Positions 54,735 through 62,546 of a DNA stretch of 62,546 nt are shown here, one piece after another. Position 1 is the stretch's first letter, and each line of letters starts with the position of its first letter. The position numbers and the translations under genes are program-made. The stretch is from a virus (Duplodnaviria; Caudoviricetes), in the IMG/VR virus record IMGVR_UViG_3300021962_000102, positions 1 to 62,546 of that record; one strand, given 5' to 3'. The notes below the pieces were generated by a model, which searched no databases, had not been told where the DNA came from, and saw only the letters and a list, made by a program, of their open reading frames with translations.

Positions 54735-56306
54735 ATGGAATACAATAATCCAAGTGAACTCATTAAAGAGTTGACATTCAGCGCCAGGGCTAGAAACAGA
54801 ATGAAACAAGGCGTTGACAAACTAGCAGCCGCAGTTTCATCAACGTTGGGGGCCAGCGGAAAGTGCGTTATATATGAAGACGCTATGGGTAGACCCATTA
54901 TCACTAAGGATGGTGTTACTGTAGCTGAGTCAGTTGTACTTAAAGACCCGCTAGAAAACATCGGCGCAACGCTTATCAAGGAAGCCGCAAAAAATACTGT
55001 TAAAGAAGCTGGTGACGGAACAACCACCGCTACGGTGCTTTCACACGCTATCCTTACGCACGCATACGAGATTATAGAAAACGAAAACCTTCGTGAACTA
55101 AAGAAAGGTATCGAACAAGCGACAAACGACGTGATTGACTTACTGGAGTCAGCCAAGGTGGAGGTATCTGGAGACATGCTTTACTCTGTCGCCAACATAT
55201 CCACGAATAATGATTCAGAGCTGGCAAAAGTGATTTCAGAAGCATTCACAGCCGTTGGTAACAGCGGCGTTGTCCTAATGGAGGAGTCTGAAACAGACCT
55301 AACGCACGTTGAGATAGTAGACGGCGTACAGTTTGACTCTCCACTCAAGTCGCAGCACTTTATTACAGACGCGGACAAAGAAAAAGCCGTTCTGGAAAAC
55401 CCATATGTACTTATCATGGACTCTAAAATTCCTAATATTAGGAGAATACAAGGAGTTCTAGAATTTGTAATCAAGCAAAATAGATCGTTGCTTATTATCG
55501 CAGACATCGAACAGCAGCCACTCGGTGCACTGTTGATGAACAAGGTACGCGGTAATATCAAGGTCAATGTTGTGGATCAGCCCGGCTTTGGACCAACGCG
55601 GCGTGATACGCTTGAAGACCTAGCTGCAATAACCGGTGCTAAACTCATTTCTGATGAACTGGGTGACGATATCGATTCAATATCTGTTGATGCGCTGGGA
55701 GAGGCCGTAAAAGCCGTTACGGATGGAAAAAACACCGTTATCACTGTTGAAGAGACGAGTGAACTGGTTAGCGAGCGCTTAGCGATTGCTGAGGTAAAAC
55801 TTAAAAGCGAGCAAAATCCGTTTTTCAAAAAGAAGATCGAACAGCGCGTAGCAATGCTTAGCGGTAAGGTTGGTATTGTAAGAGTTGGTGCTAACTCTAA
55901 AATAGAGTTGAAAGAAAAGAAAGATCGTGTTGAAGACGCTATCTACGCTGTTAAGGCCGCTATTCAAGAAGGAATTATCCCAGGCGGTGGTATCGCACTA
56001 CTTAACGCATCGGCAAAACTAAATAAAACTGGAAACTCCAATGGCTACAATGTAGTGCTTAACGCAATTATGGAGCCTTGGATCAAAATAATGACAAATG
56101 CCGACCTAAATCCAGAAGATAGGAAGTACAAAAAGATGAAGCCAGGTCAAGGCGTTGATGTAGTGACTGGAGAAATTGTTGATATGGTTGAGGCTGGTAT
56201 CATTGACCCGCTACTAGTTACTAAGACAGCGCTGAAAAACGCGTCGTCAGTTGCCGCAACTATTATATCGGCAGACGCTGTTATCTCTAACGTTAGAATC
56301 GATTAA
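54735..56306 (+). CDS. groEL: chaperonin GroEL
   Basis: ITKDGVTVA, AGDGTTTATVL, PGFG, RVEDA, PGGG, GIIDP; no GGM tail. Confidence 0.95.
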   Translation: MEYNNPSELIKELTFSARARNRMKQGVDKLAAAVSSTLGASGKCVIYEDAMGRPIITKDGVTVAESVVLKDPLENIGATLIKEAAKNTVKEAGDGTTTATVLSHAILTHAYEIIENENLRELKKGIEQATNDVIDLLESAKVEVSGDMLYSVANISTNNDSELAKVISEAFTAVGNSGVVLMEESETDLTHVEIVDGVQFDSPLKSQHFITDADKEKAVLENPYVLIMDSKIPNIRRIQGVLEFVIKQNRSLLIIADIEQQPLGALLMNKVRGNIKVNVVDQPGFGPTRRDTLEDLAAITGAKLISDELGDDIDSISVDALGEAVKAVTDGKNTVITVEETSELVSERLAIAEVKLKSEQNPFFKKKIEQRVAMLSGKVGIVRVGANSKIELKEKKDRVEDAIYAVKAAIQEGIIPGGGIALLNASAKLNKTGNSNGYNVVLNAIMEPWIKIMTNADLNPEDRKYKKMKPGQGVDVVTGEIVDMVEAGIIDPLLVTKTALKNASSVAATIISADAVISNVRID

Positions 56307-56307
56307 T

Positions 56308-56562
56308 ATGAGAGCAGTTAATTACTACCTGATAGTCAAAAAGTTGAAGCAAGAGGTCGTCAACGTTGGCGGCCTTGAGCTTAACGATGCACTTGCTGAG
56401 CAGCGTTATTTAAAGGCAGAAGTTATTTCTGCTGGAGATAAAGTTGATTTTGTCAAGGAAGGTGAAGTTGTATACTATGACCGTCACGCTGGACACGAAA
56501 TAACTTTTGAAGAAAACGTTTATCAAGTCATCAAAGTCGGTGATATTGTAATAGTAGAATGA
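56308..56562 (+). CDS. groES: co-chaperonin GroES
   Basis: LIVKK..GGLEL..AEVISAG..VKEGEVVYY; follows groEL. Confidence 0.85.
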   Translation: MRAVNYYLIVKKLKQEVVNVGGLELNDALAEQRYLKAEVISAGDKVDFVKEGEVVYYDRHAGHEITFEENVYQVIKVGDIVIVE

Positions 56563-56999
56563 GGTTGAGTTCGCACGACATCCGCGATCTAAAGTTGTTC
56601 AAATACTATAGGTTAGTGAGAAAGTGGGCGTGTGATCAGAATGGCCTTAACGATGCAGATCTAGAATTACTTATGTATCTAGACTGCTTGGGTAGATTTA
56701 ACCGAAAAGACTATATGGACGGAACGTATGCATATCGTTGGGATAAGCATCGTTGGGAACGCCTAAGATCAGAAGGTTGGATCTCCGTTTGGAGAGAACG
56801 CAATAGAACGACACAGAAGTACGCTATATATCAAGTTTCTCAAAAGGGTAAAAACCTTATAATGCGCATATACAGAATTCTTCTTGGTGAAGAAGATGTT
56901 ACGCTAAGTAGTAGAAGCGTTTATTACAATAATAAGTCATACACCGCTAAAGTTAGAAACAAGGCGATAGATGACATGGTAAAAGACAAAGACAGATGA
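56559..56999 (+). CDS. MarR-like winged-helix protein
   Basis: GLNDADLELLMYL...GWI...YQVSQKGK. Confidence 0.55.
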   Translation: MRLSSHDIRDLKLFKYYRLVRKWACDQNGLNDADLELLMYLDCLGRFNRKDYMDGTYAYRWDKHRWERLRSEGWISVWRERNRTTQKYAIYQVSQKGKNLIMRIYRILLGEEDVTLSSRSVYYNNKSYTAKVRNKAIDDMVKDKDR

Positions 57000-57328
57000 C
57001 AAAGCCAATAACGCATAAGGCGAAAAACCACGAGAACAATAGAAGGATGATGAATCCAACTATAGTTATTGTAGATTTAGAGCCTGGCGTTGTAGCCGAG
57101 GCCAATATAGACGGAAGTATATACATAGACAGAAAAGCATCTCCTAGTAAGATGAAAGAAGCTGTGTCTCATGAGAAAGTGCATTTAAATCAGATGAGTA
57201 GAGGTGATCTTTCTTATGACTCACAAAACGTTTACTGGAAGGGTAAGATCTACAACAGAAACAATATGAACGAGGGCAGCGGAAGTCTTCCCTGGGAAAA
57301 AGAAGCATATAAAAAAGCTAAGAAATGA
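56996..57328 (+). CDS. zincin-like metallopeptidase
   Basis: IYID...HEKVH...PWEKEAY. Confidence 0.7.
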   Translation: MTKPITHKAKNHENNRRMMNPTIVIVDLEPGVVAEANIDGSIYIDRKASPSKMKEAVSHEKVHLNQMSRGDLSYDSQNVYWKGKIYNRNNMNEGSGSLPWEKEAYKKAKK

Positions 57329-58788
57329 AAAGCAAACCAATTACTGCTAAAGCATCTCCGTTAAAGATTAAAGAGGAGAAATCAAAAAAGACAACCACTT
57401 CGTCAACCTCATATGAGACTGACGCAAGTGGAAACCTATTTAAGGTGGACCGCTCTGCGTCCGCTGGCGATGTATTAGCATCGGCCGCGCAACCATCTGG
57501 TGGCTCTAGCGTGCCTAAAGCCGCTGCTAGCGGATCTAAAACATCTAACCCAGACGCATACGTGGCCGGTTTGAAAAAGCGCTTCCCCGGAGCAACTGGT
57601 CAAGATCTTGTTCAAGCAGGTTATATATCTAGCGCATACGCTGATAGATTCCCAGCTAGCCAACAAGCTTCTAGTTCTTCGTCTTCTTCTACTTCATCTA
57701 TGGAGTCAGAGACTAAAACTCCGGTGATGCGTCCAGCAGAACCCGGTAACGAAGGTATGACGACCGATACTCGTTGGAACTGGCAGCAGAAGAACATCAA
57801 CAGAACGCAGCAAAGCCAGCGTAGATCTAACCGCAAGCAAGCTCGCGCTGACATGAAGTACATGGAGTCTCAAGGTCTTGTTGAAAGAACCGGAGATGGT
57901 GGAAGAGGTCAGGGCTATAGATTGACTGAAGCTGGTTCTGCAAACGCAGACGCCGCAAAACGCTATGATCTAAACCAAGCTGATATTTTTGGAGTTGATC
58001 AAACTAGATTTACTAGAGACGAAAAAGGCAATATAACTGGTCGCAACGAATCGTACAACCCACAGGACTCTAGAAAGAACAGAGCGCAAACTGGAACGTA
58101 CAATCCTCACGATGTATATAAAGAGGCAAGACCTGAAGAGCAGTGGAATGTCAATAGACACGGTGATTATGGTAATACAACCACGTCTTCTAGCTCTTCT
58201 AATAATAGAACTGAGTCGTCTACTATGTCTAGTCCTTCTGATTCTAGAGCAGAGTCTTCTACTATGTTTGGTAATGCTCCGCAGGAAAAGATCGAACTAC
58301 CGGCAAAAAAGCAATCGCTAGATATTTCTCAGCCGAATGTTGAAATCATGAGGCAGGTTCCAACGGAGCGTACGTACGATGGTGGTCAACTTGATGAAGT
58401 AGATGTTGTATCTGGCTATAGTGAGCCTGATTTCTCTGAAAAATCAATACTTGGTTCAGAAGGATCTTCAAACGCATTTTTAAGCGGACTAGAGCAAGGT
58501 TCTACTTCTGGGTTGAGAAATGAATCTGCACCTATATCAACTTCTGGTAAATACCAGTCAAGAGGAAATATGGAGGCTATAGATCAAGAAGAAACTCCAC
58601 TGCAGATGAAGTACAAGCATAATCCAAGAATGATGTACAAAGACTCTCCCGCTAAGATGTGGGGAGATGCTAAGACCGAAGCTGGCGACAAAGGCGTGTT
58701 TAACAAAGTAAAGTCTGAGACTGCTTCTAAACCAATCACTAAGTTCTCTAATGGTGGAGGATTTAAAATGAAAGGCTTTAATAAATAA
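57325..58788 (+). CDS. low-complexity putative internal virion protein with SPxK motifs
   Basis: Ser-rich and disordered; KPIT, SPLK, TPLQM, SPAKM, FKMKG. Confidence 0.6.
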   Translation: MKSKPITAKASPLKIKEEKSKKTTTSSTSYETDASGNLFKVDRSASAGDVLASAAQPSGGSSVPKAAASGSKTSNPDAYVAGLKKRFPGATGQDLVQAGYISSAYADRFPASQQASSSSSSSTSSMESETKTPVMRPAEPGNEGMTTDTRWNWQQKNINRTQQSQRRSNRKQARADMKYMESQGLVERTGDGGRGQGYRLTEAGSANADAAKRYDLNQADIFGVDQTRFTRDEKGNITGRNESYNPQDSRKNRAQTGTYNPHDVYKEARPEEQWNVNRHGDYGNTTTSSSSSNNRTESSTMSSPSDSRAESSTMFGNAPQEKIELPAKKQSLDISQPNVEIMRQVPTERTYDGGQLDEVDVVSGYSEPDFSEKSILGSEGSSNAFLSGLEQGSTSGLRNESAPISTSGKYQSRGNMEAIDQEETPLQMKYKHNPRMMYKDSPAKMWGDAKTEAGDKGVFNKVKSETASKPITKFSNGGGFKMKGFNK

Positions 58789-58898
58789 TGGCTAAGAAAA
58801 CTAATCCTTGTTGGAAAGGATACGAACCTATTGGTATGAAGACTAAATCTGGTAAAAAAGTACCAAACTGCGTTCCAATTACTAAGAAAAAGAAATAG
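58788..58898 (+). CDS. 36-aa CWxGY..VPNCV protein (not in the ORF track)
   Basis: PCWKGYEPIGMKTKSGKKVPNCVP. Confidence 0.7.
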   Translation: MAKKTNPCWKGYEPIGMKTKSGKKVPNCVPITKKKK

Positions 58899-58907
58899 TA
58901 TTACTAA

Positions 58908-59603
58908 ATGGCTAGAATCAGTACCTACGTTAACGATACGACAGTATCAGGTCAAGACAAATTGCTTGGTAGTGATTCGACTGAAGCAACTAGAAACTTT
59001 CCTGTTTCTTCTTTAGCCGGTTACTTAGACAACAGTGGTAGTATAACAATATCTGATCAATTAAACTTAAGATTTATAACTGAGTCTGATGATATTGCTA
59101 ACGCCACGTTTTTTAAAGATGGATTTGGCGGTGATGGTAGTAATATTAATTCTTTGCAGATCATATATGTCAGTAAAAGAGACGCCGCTGGTAATTCTTT
59201 GATAGAATATACGAAGAAGATATTCGGTTATAAAATAAACCTAATAGAAATAGGTAATAAAAATAACTTTGCTACTTTTTCTGTAAACTATATAATTAAC
59301 GATGCTGTTTACACTAACTTTTTTAAAGTTTCTATTCAAGCAGTTAGTGGTAACGGTGTTTTATCTTCAGATAAATACTATTCATTTTCTATAGTATCTG
59401 GTGATGAAGCTAAAAATTATACTCACGTTCAAGGAACACCAGCTTCTGTTTGGGAAGTACAACATAGTTTAAATAAAAATCCATCAGTAACAATTGTTGA
59501 TTCTTCAAATAATGTTGTCTACGGTCAAATAGAATATTTAGATTCTAACAATGTTCGTTTAACTTTCGCTAGTGCCTTTAGTGGCAAAGCATATCTTAAT
59601 TAA
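58908..59603 (+). CDS. tail-associated structural protein
   Basis: MARISTY..D; C-terminal W.VQHSL.K.PSV..VD..FSGKAYLN. Confidence 0.65.
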   Translation: MARISTYVNDTTVSGQDKLLGSDSTEATRNFPVSSLAGYLDNSGSITISDQLNLRFITESDDIANATFFKDGFGGDGSNINSLQIIYVSKRDAAGNSLIEYTKKIFGYKINLIEIGNKNNFATFSVNYIINDAVYTNFFKVSIQAVSGNGVLSSDKYYSFSIVSGDEAKNYTHVQGTPASVWEVQHSLNKNPSVTIVDSSNNVVYGQIEYLDSNNVRLTFASAFSGKAYLN

Positions 59604-59609
59604 AAAATT

Positions 59610-60812
59610 ATGGCAATTCCATTTTTGTCCCCTATAGATCTTGGTGGACTAGAAATACTAAACGTAAAAGCTCAATTCATATCTTTCGGGTCTTTGCCTT
59701 CCGCGGCTAGCCACGAGGGTAGATTTGTATATGACTCAACAAACAAGGTACTTAGATACTCTAATGGCGTAGACTGGATTGACGTGTCTGGCGATATTAG
59801 AAGTGTTTCTGCTGGAGATGGTTTAACTGGTGGTGGAAATAGTGGAGACGTTACTCTTCACGTTGGAGCTGGTACTGGTATTACGGTAAACGCTAATGAC
59901 GTACAGCTTGACATCACCAATACCCGTAACGTCGACCACACTGGTCTTAACGTAACCGCAGGTGATGGTTTGACTGGTGGTGGTGAATTAACAGCTGGTG
60001 TTACGCTTAATGTTGTAGCTACTACCAATGCTGGTATCGAGGTTGCTGCCGACGCTATTCGCTTTAAGAACTACGCTAATCTGACCCAGTACAACGTTAT
60101 GATGTGGGGTCCAGGCGGACAACTAACGAATGCCCCGATTGTACGCACGGTAAACCAATCGAATGAGGAAATTATCACGATTCAAGGTAACCTTATCGTT
60201 ACTGGTACGACCACGAGCGTAAACTCAAACGAGGTAAACATCGGCGACAGCATCATCAAGCTTAATTCTGATGCTACTGGCACCGCAACACAGAATGCTG
60301 GTTTTGAGGTTGAGCGTGGTGATGACACGAACGTATCATTTATCTGGGACGAGACTGCTGACCGATTCTCTACCGTTGACCAGAAGTTGCACATTGGTTC
60401 TGTTGATACTATTGTTCCAGGTAGTGATGATTTCTTTTATGTATATGACAACGCTATAGGAGAAACTGGTGAGATTAAGAAAGCCACATACAATTCTGTT
60501 GCTAACCTACTTGGTGCTCCTATACACTATTCGCTTGACGCGGCACAGGGTGCAGTAACTAAGGCTTCTAATACTTACACGGTAACTCACAACCTTGGTA
60601 CTAAAGCTGTTAATGTTCAAGTTGTGGATTACTCAACGCAAGAGACTATTTATGTTGACGTTGCTAGACCAACTAACAATACCATAACAGTAACTTTTGC
60701 ATCAACCGTCGTTGATAACGACTACTACGTTATCCTTATAGCTTCTAAGCGCACTGGAGATACGGTCGCCGGTTCTGAAAATGGCGACGCGCCTGACACG
60801 GCTAACGCCTAA
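59610..60812 (+). CDS. tail fibre/spike-associated protein
   Basis: AGDGLTGGG repeats, GFEVERG, THNLGT. Confidence 0.7.
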   Translation: MAIPFLSPIDLGGLEILNVKAQFISFGSLPSAASHEGRFVYDSTNKVLRYSNGVDWIDVSGDIRSVSAGDGLTGGGNSGDVTLHVGAGTGITVNANDVQLDITNTRNVDHTGLNVTAGDGLTGGGELTAGVTLNVVATTNAGIEVAADAIRFKNYANLTQYNVMMWGPGGQLTNAPIVRTVNQSNEEIITIQGNLIVTGTTTSVNSNEVNIGDSIIKLNSDATGTATQNAGFEVERGDDTNVSFIWDETADRFSTVDQKLHIGSVDTIVPGSDDFFYVYDNAIGETGEIKKATYNSVANLLGAPIHYSLDAAQGAVTKASNTYTVTHNLGTKAVNVQVVDYSTQETIYVDVARPTNNTITVTFASTVVDNDYYVILIASKRTGDTVAGSENGDAPDTANA

Positions 60813-60837
60813 TAATTGACACGCTTGAGCAAACAAT

Positions 60838-60866
60838 TGGGAGACTAAAATCTCCCTTTTGTTTTT
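60838..60866 (+). terminator. intrinsic terminator
   Basis: GGGAGA-ctaaaa-TCTCCC-TTTTGTTTTT. Confidence 0.7.
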
Positions 60867-60902
60867 CATGCTTTTATTTGCATTGTAATAGATTATTAGA
60901 AA

Positions 60903-62546
60903 ATGAAGTTTTTATCTCAAGTAAACGTCAACACAGAATACACGCTACCAATAATAGATGGTACAAATGGCCAGGTGTTGACCACCGATGGCACTGGTGC
61001 GGTTTATTGGGGTAATGTTAGTGCTGGTGCAACTAATCTTGATGGGCTAACTGACGTTGAGATTACGTCACCGCAGGCTGGTCAGATACTTAACTATAGT
61101 GTACCATTGGGTGGCACCGTACCAGTATGGAGGAACATTACGTCTCCGTACGCCACAATAGCTTCACCAGCATTCACTGGGATTCCGACGGCCCCCACTG
61201 CGCCCACTTCAACTAACACCACGCAAATTGCAACTACTGCGTTCGTAAAGGCTCAGGGATATCTTACTAGCTACACTGAGACTGACCCAACGGTTCCTTC
61301 TCACGTTAAGTCTATCACAACTACGAATATCACCAACTGGAATGCAGCGTATGACGATTCAATCAGGGCGATTGCATTCAATACAACAAATGGTATTCTA
61401 ACGCTAACACAGCAGGACACTGGCACGCTAACGGTTGACCTTGATGGTAGATACCTTACTTCTTTTACTGAGTCAGACCCAGTATTCGAAGCTAGTGCAG
61501 CATCAGGAATATCTAACGAGGATATTGCGCTCTGGAATGAAGCTTACGGATGGGGTAATCACGCTGATTACGGATACCTTACTTCGTTTACTGAGACCGA
61601 CCCTACCGTTCCTGCTCACGTTAAGTCTATTACTACAACTGAAAAAAGTAACTGGAATACTGCATTTGGTTGGGGTAATCACGCATCTTATGGATACGCC
61701 ACGGAGTCTTATGTAACTACAGCAATCGCAAATCTTGTAGACTCTGCTCCAGATGCTCTTGATACGCTAAACGAGTTGGCGGCAGCTCTCGGTCAAGACC
61801 CGAACTTCGCTACCACCGTAACGAATAGCATTGCCACTAAGATGCCTTATTACCACGGAGCTATTAGTGGTGACCCTGGTACAGCAGTAAACGGTGTAAC
61901 AAGAATATACCCAACAGCAAATGGACCTTTTGGTTTAGGTCACTTTACTGTATTCACCGCACTGCAAGACAGTGTAAACTACGGATGGCAATTCACCGCT
62001 GTTGGCAATGAAGCATACTTTAGAAGTAGGGACACAACATATGGTTCTTGGAATAGACTTTGGTCTGGGTCTGACTTCACGTCAACTAATATTTCCAATT
62101 GGAACACAGCCTACAACGATAGAATCACCGCTGCTGCCGTAACAGGAACAAGCACTAAGACGCTTACGCTTACTCAGGGAGACGGTGGAACTGTTACCGC
62201 TACCTGGACTGATTATGACACGGATAACGATGCTCAGACGATTTCGTATAGTTCTGGCACTAATGAATTGTCTATATCGAACGGTAATAGCATCACCCTC
62301 GATGGACTAGCTACTGAGGATTACGTATTGAGTCAAGGGTTTACCACCTTCCAGCCTTGGAACTCTGGAACGGGAAGCATTAACTATACCGCTGGTAATG
62401 TCGGCATTGGTACTACTAGTCCTAATGAAAAACTGCATGTTAACGGAAGAAATATATTAGTTGGTGATCTTAAAATTGGTAGAGCTAACTCTGTTGATGA
62501 TAGCGGTGGAGATGCGGTTCTTGCAATTGGTAAGCAAGCATTAAAT
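60903..62546 (+). CDS. long tail fibre, partial (runs off the window)
   Basis: GTNGQVLTTDG, SPAFTGIPTAPT, YLTS.TETDP/WGNH repeats, LDTLNELAAAL, GNVGIGTTSP. Confidence 0.85.
   Translation, partial: MKFLSQVNVNTEYTLPIIDGTNGQVLTTDGTGAVYWGNVSAGATNLDGLTDVEITSPQAGQILNYSVPLGGTVPVWRNITSPYATIASPAFTGIPTAPTAPTSTNTTQIATTAFVKAQGYLTSYTETDPTVPSHVKSITTTNITNWNAAYDDSIRAIAFNTTNGILTLTQQDTGTLTVDLDGRYLTSFTESDPVFEASAASGISNEDIALWNEAYGWGNHADYGYLTSFTETDPTVPAHVKSITTTEKSNWNTAFGWGNHASYGYATESYVTTAIANLVDSAPDALDTLNELAAALGQDPNFATTVTNSIATKMPYYHGAISGDPGTAVNGVTRIYPTANGPFGLGHFTVFTALQDSVNYGWQFTAVGNEAYFRSRDTTYGSWNRLWSGSDFTSTNISNWNTAYNDRITAAAVTGTSTKTLTLTQGDGGTVTATWTDYDTDNDAQTISYSSGTNELSISNGNSITLDGLATEDYVLSQGFTTFQPWNSGTGSINYTAGNVGIGTTSPNEKLHVNGRNILVGDLKIGRANSVDDSGGDAVLAIGKQALN

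Noticed and set aside
57661-58265. TCT/AGT-rich repeats as a DNA repeat element
   Set aside because: Explained by Ser-rich low-complexity coding (ESSTM duplicated).
60903-62546. Fibre repeats as a diversity-generating retroelement target
   Set aside because: Repeats are at the protein level; no reverse transcriptase or adenine-variant template repeat is in the window.
1-62546. Stop-codon reassignment, introns/inteins, or prophage status
   Set aside because: Genes are full length in the standard code with all three stops used; TerL, RNR and primase are uninterrupted; no integrase or host genes seen.

Overview
Most of the genome of a lytic, podovirus-like dsDNA phage, probably infecting Bacteroidota (Flavobacteriales-type promoters, sigma factor and tail-fibre motifs). 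The window starts and ends inside tail-fibre genes. The + strand arms (1-29.7 kb and 52.2-62.5 kb) carry a foreign-looking glycosylation/sulfation island, terminase, portal, capsid, tail, three ejection-type proteins, lysis genes, GroEL/GroES and fibres. The - strand arm (29.8-52.0 kb) carries early and replication genes: RNR, a dCMP-type thymidylate-synthase homologue, primase-helicase, SSB, ERF, two sigma factors and two tRNA genes. No DNA or RNA polymerase is recognisable. Best candidates for new biology: (1) a sigma70 region-2-like domain inside the 2293-aa ejection protein, alongside nine copies of a non-host early promoter (CACR-N8-ACR-N10-GATAATA), suggesting a virion-injected sigma factor at the top of a three-sigma cascade; (2) a rearranged, D-arm-less tRNA-like gene with an Ile UAU anticodon next to tRNA-Arg(UCU); (3) a 48-bp TGTGACA...TGTCACA element, tandem at 50.5 kb and also over the start codon of an HTH gene; (4) an SPAKM-repeat ORF overprinted on the scaffold gene. 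All protein calls come from motif recognition by eye; no searches were run.
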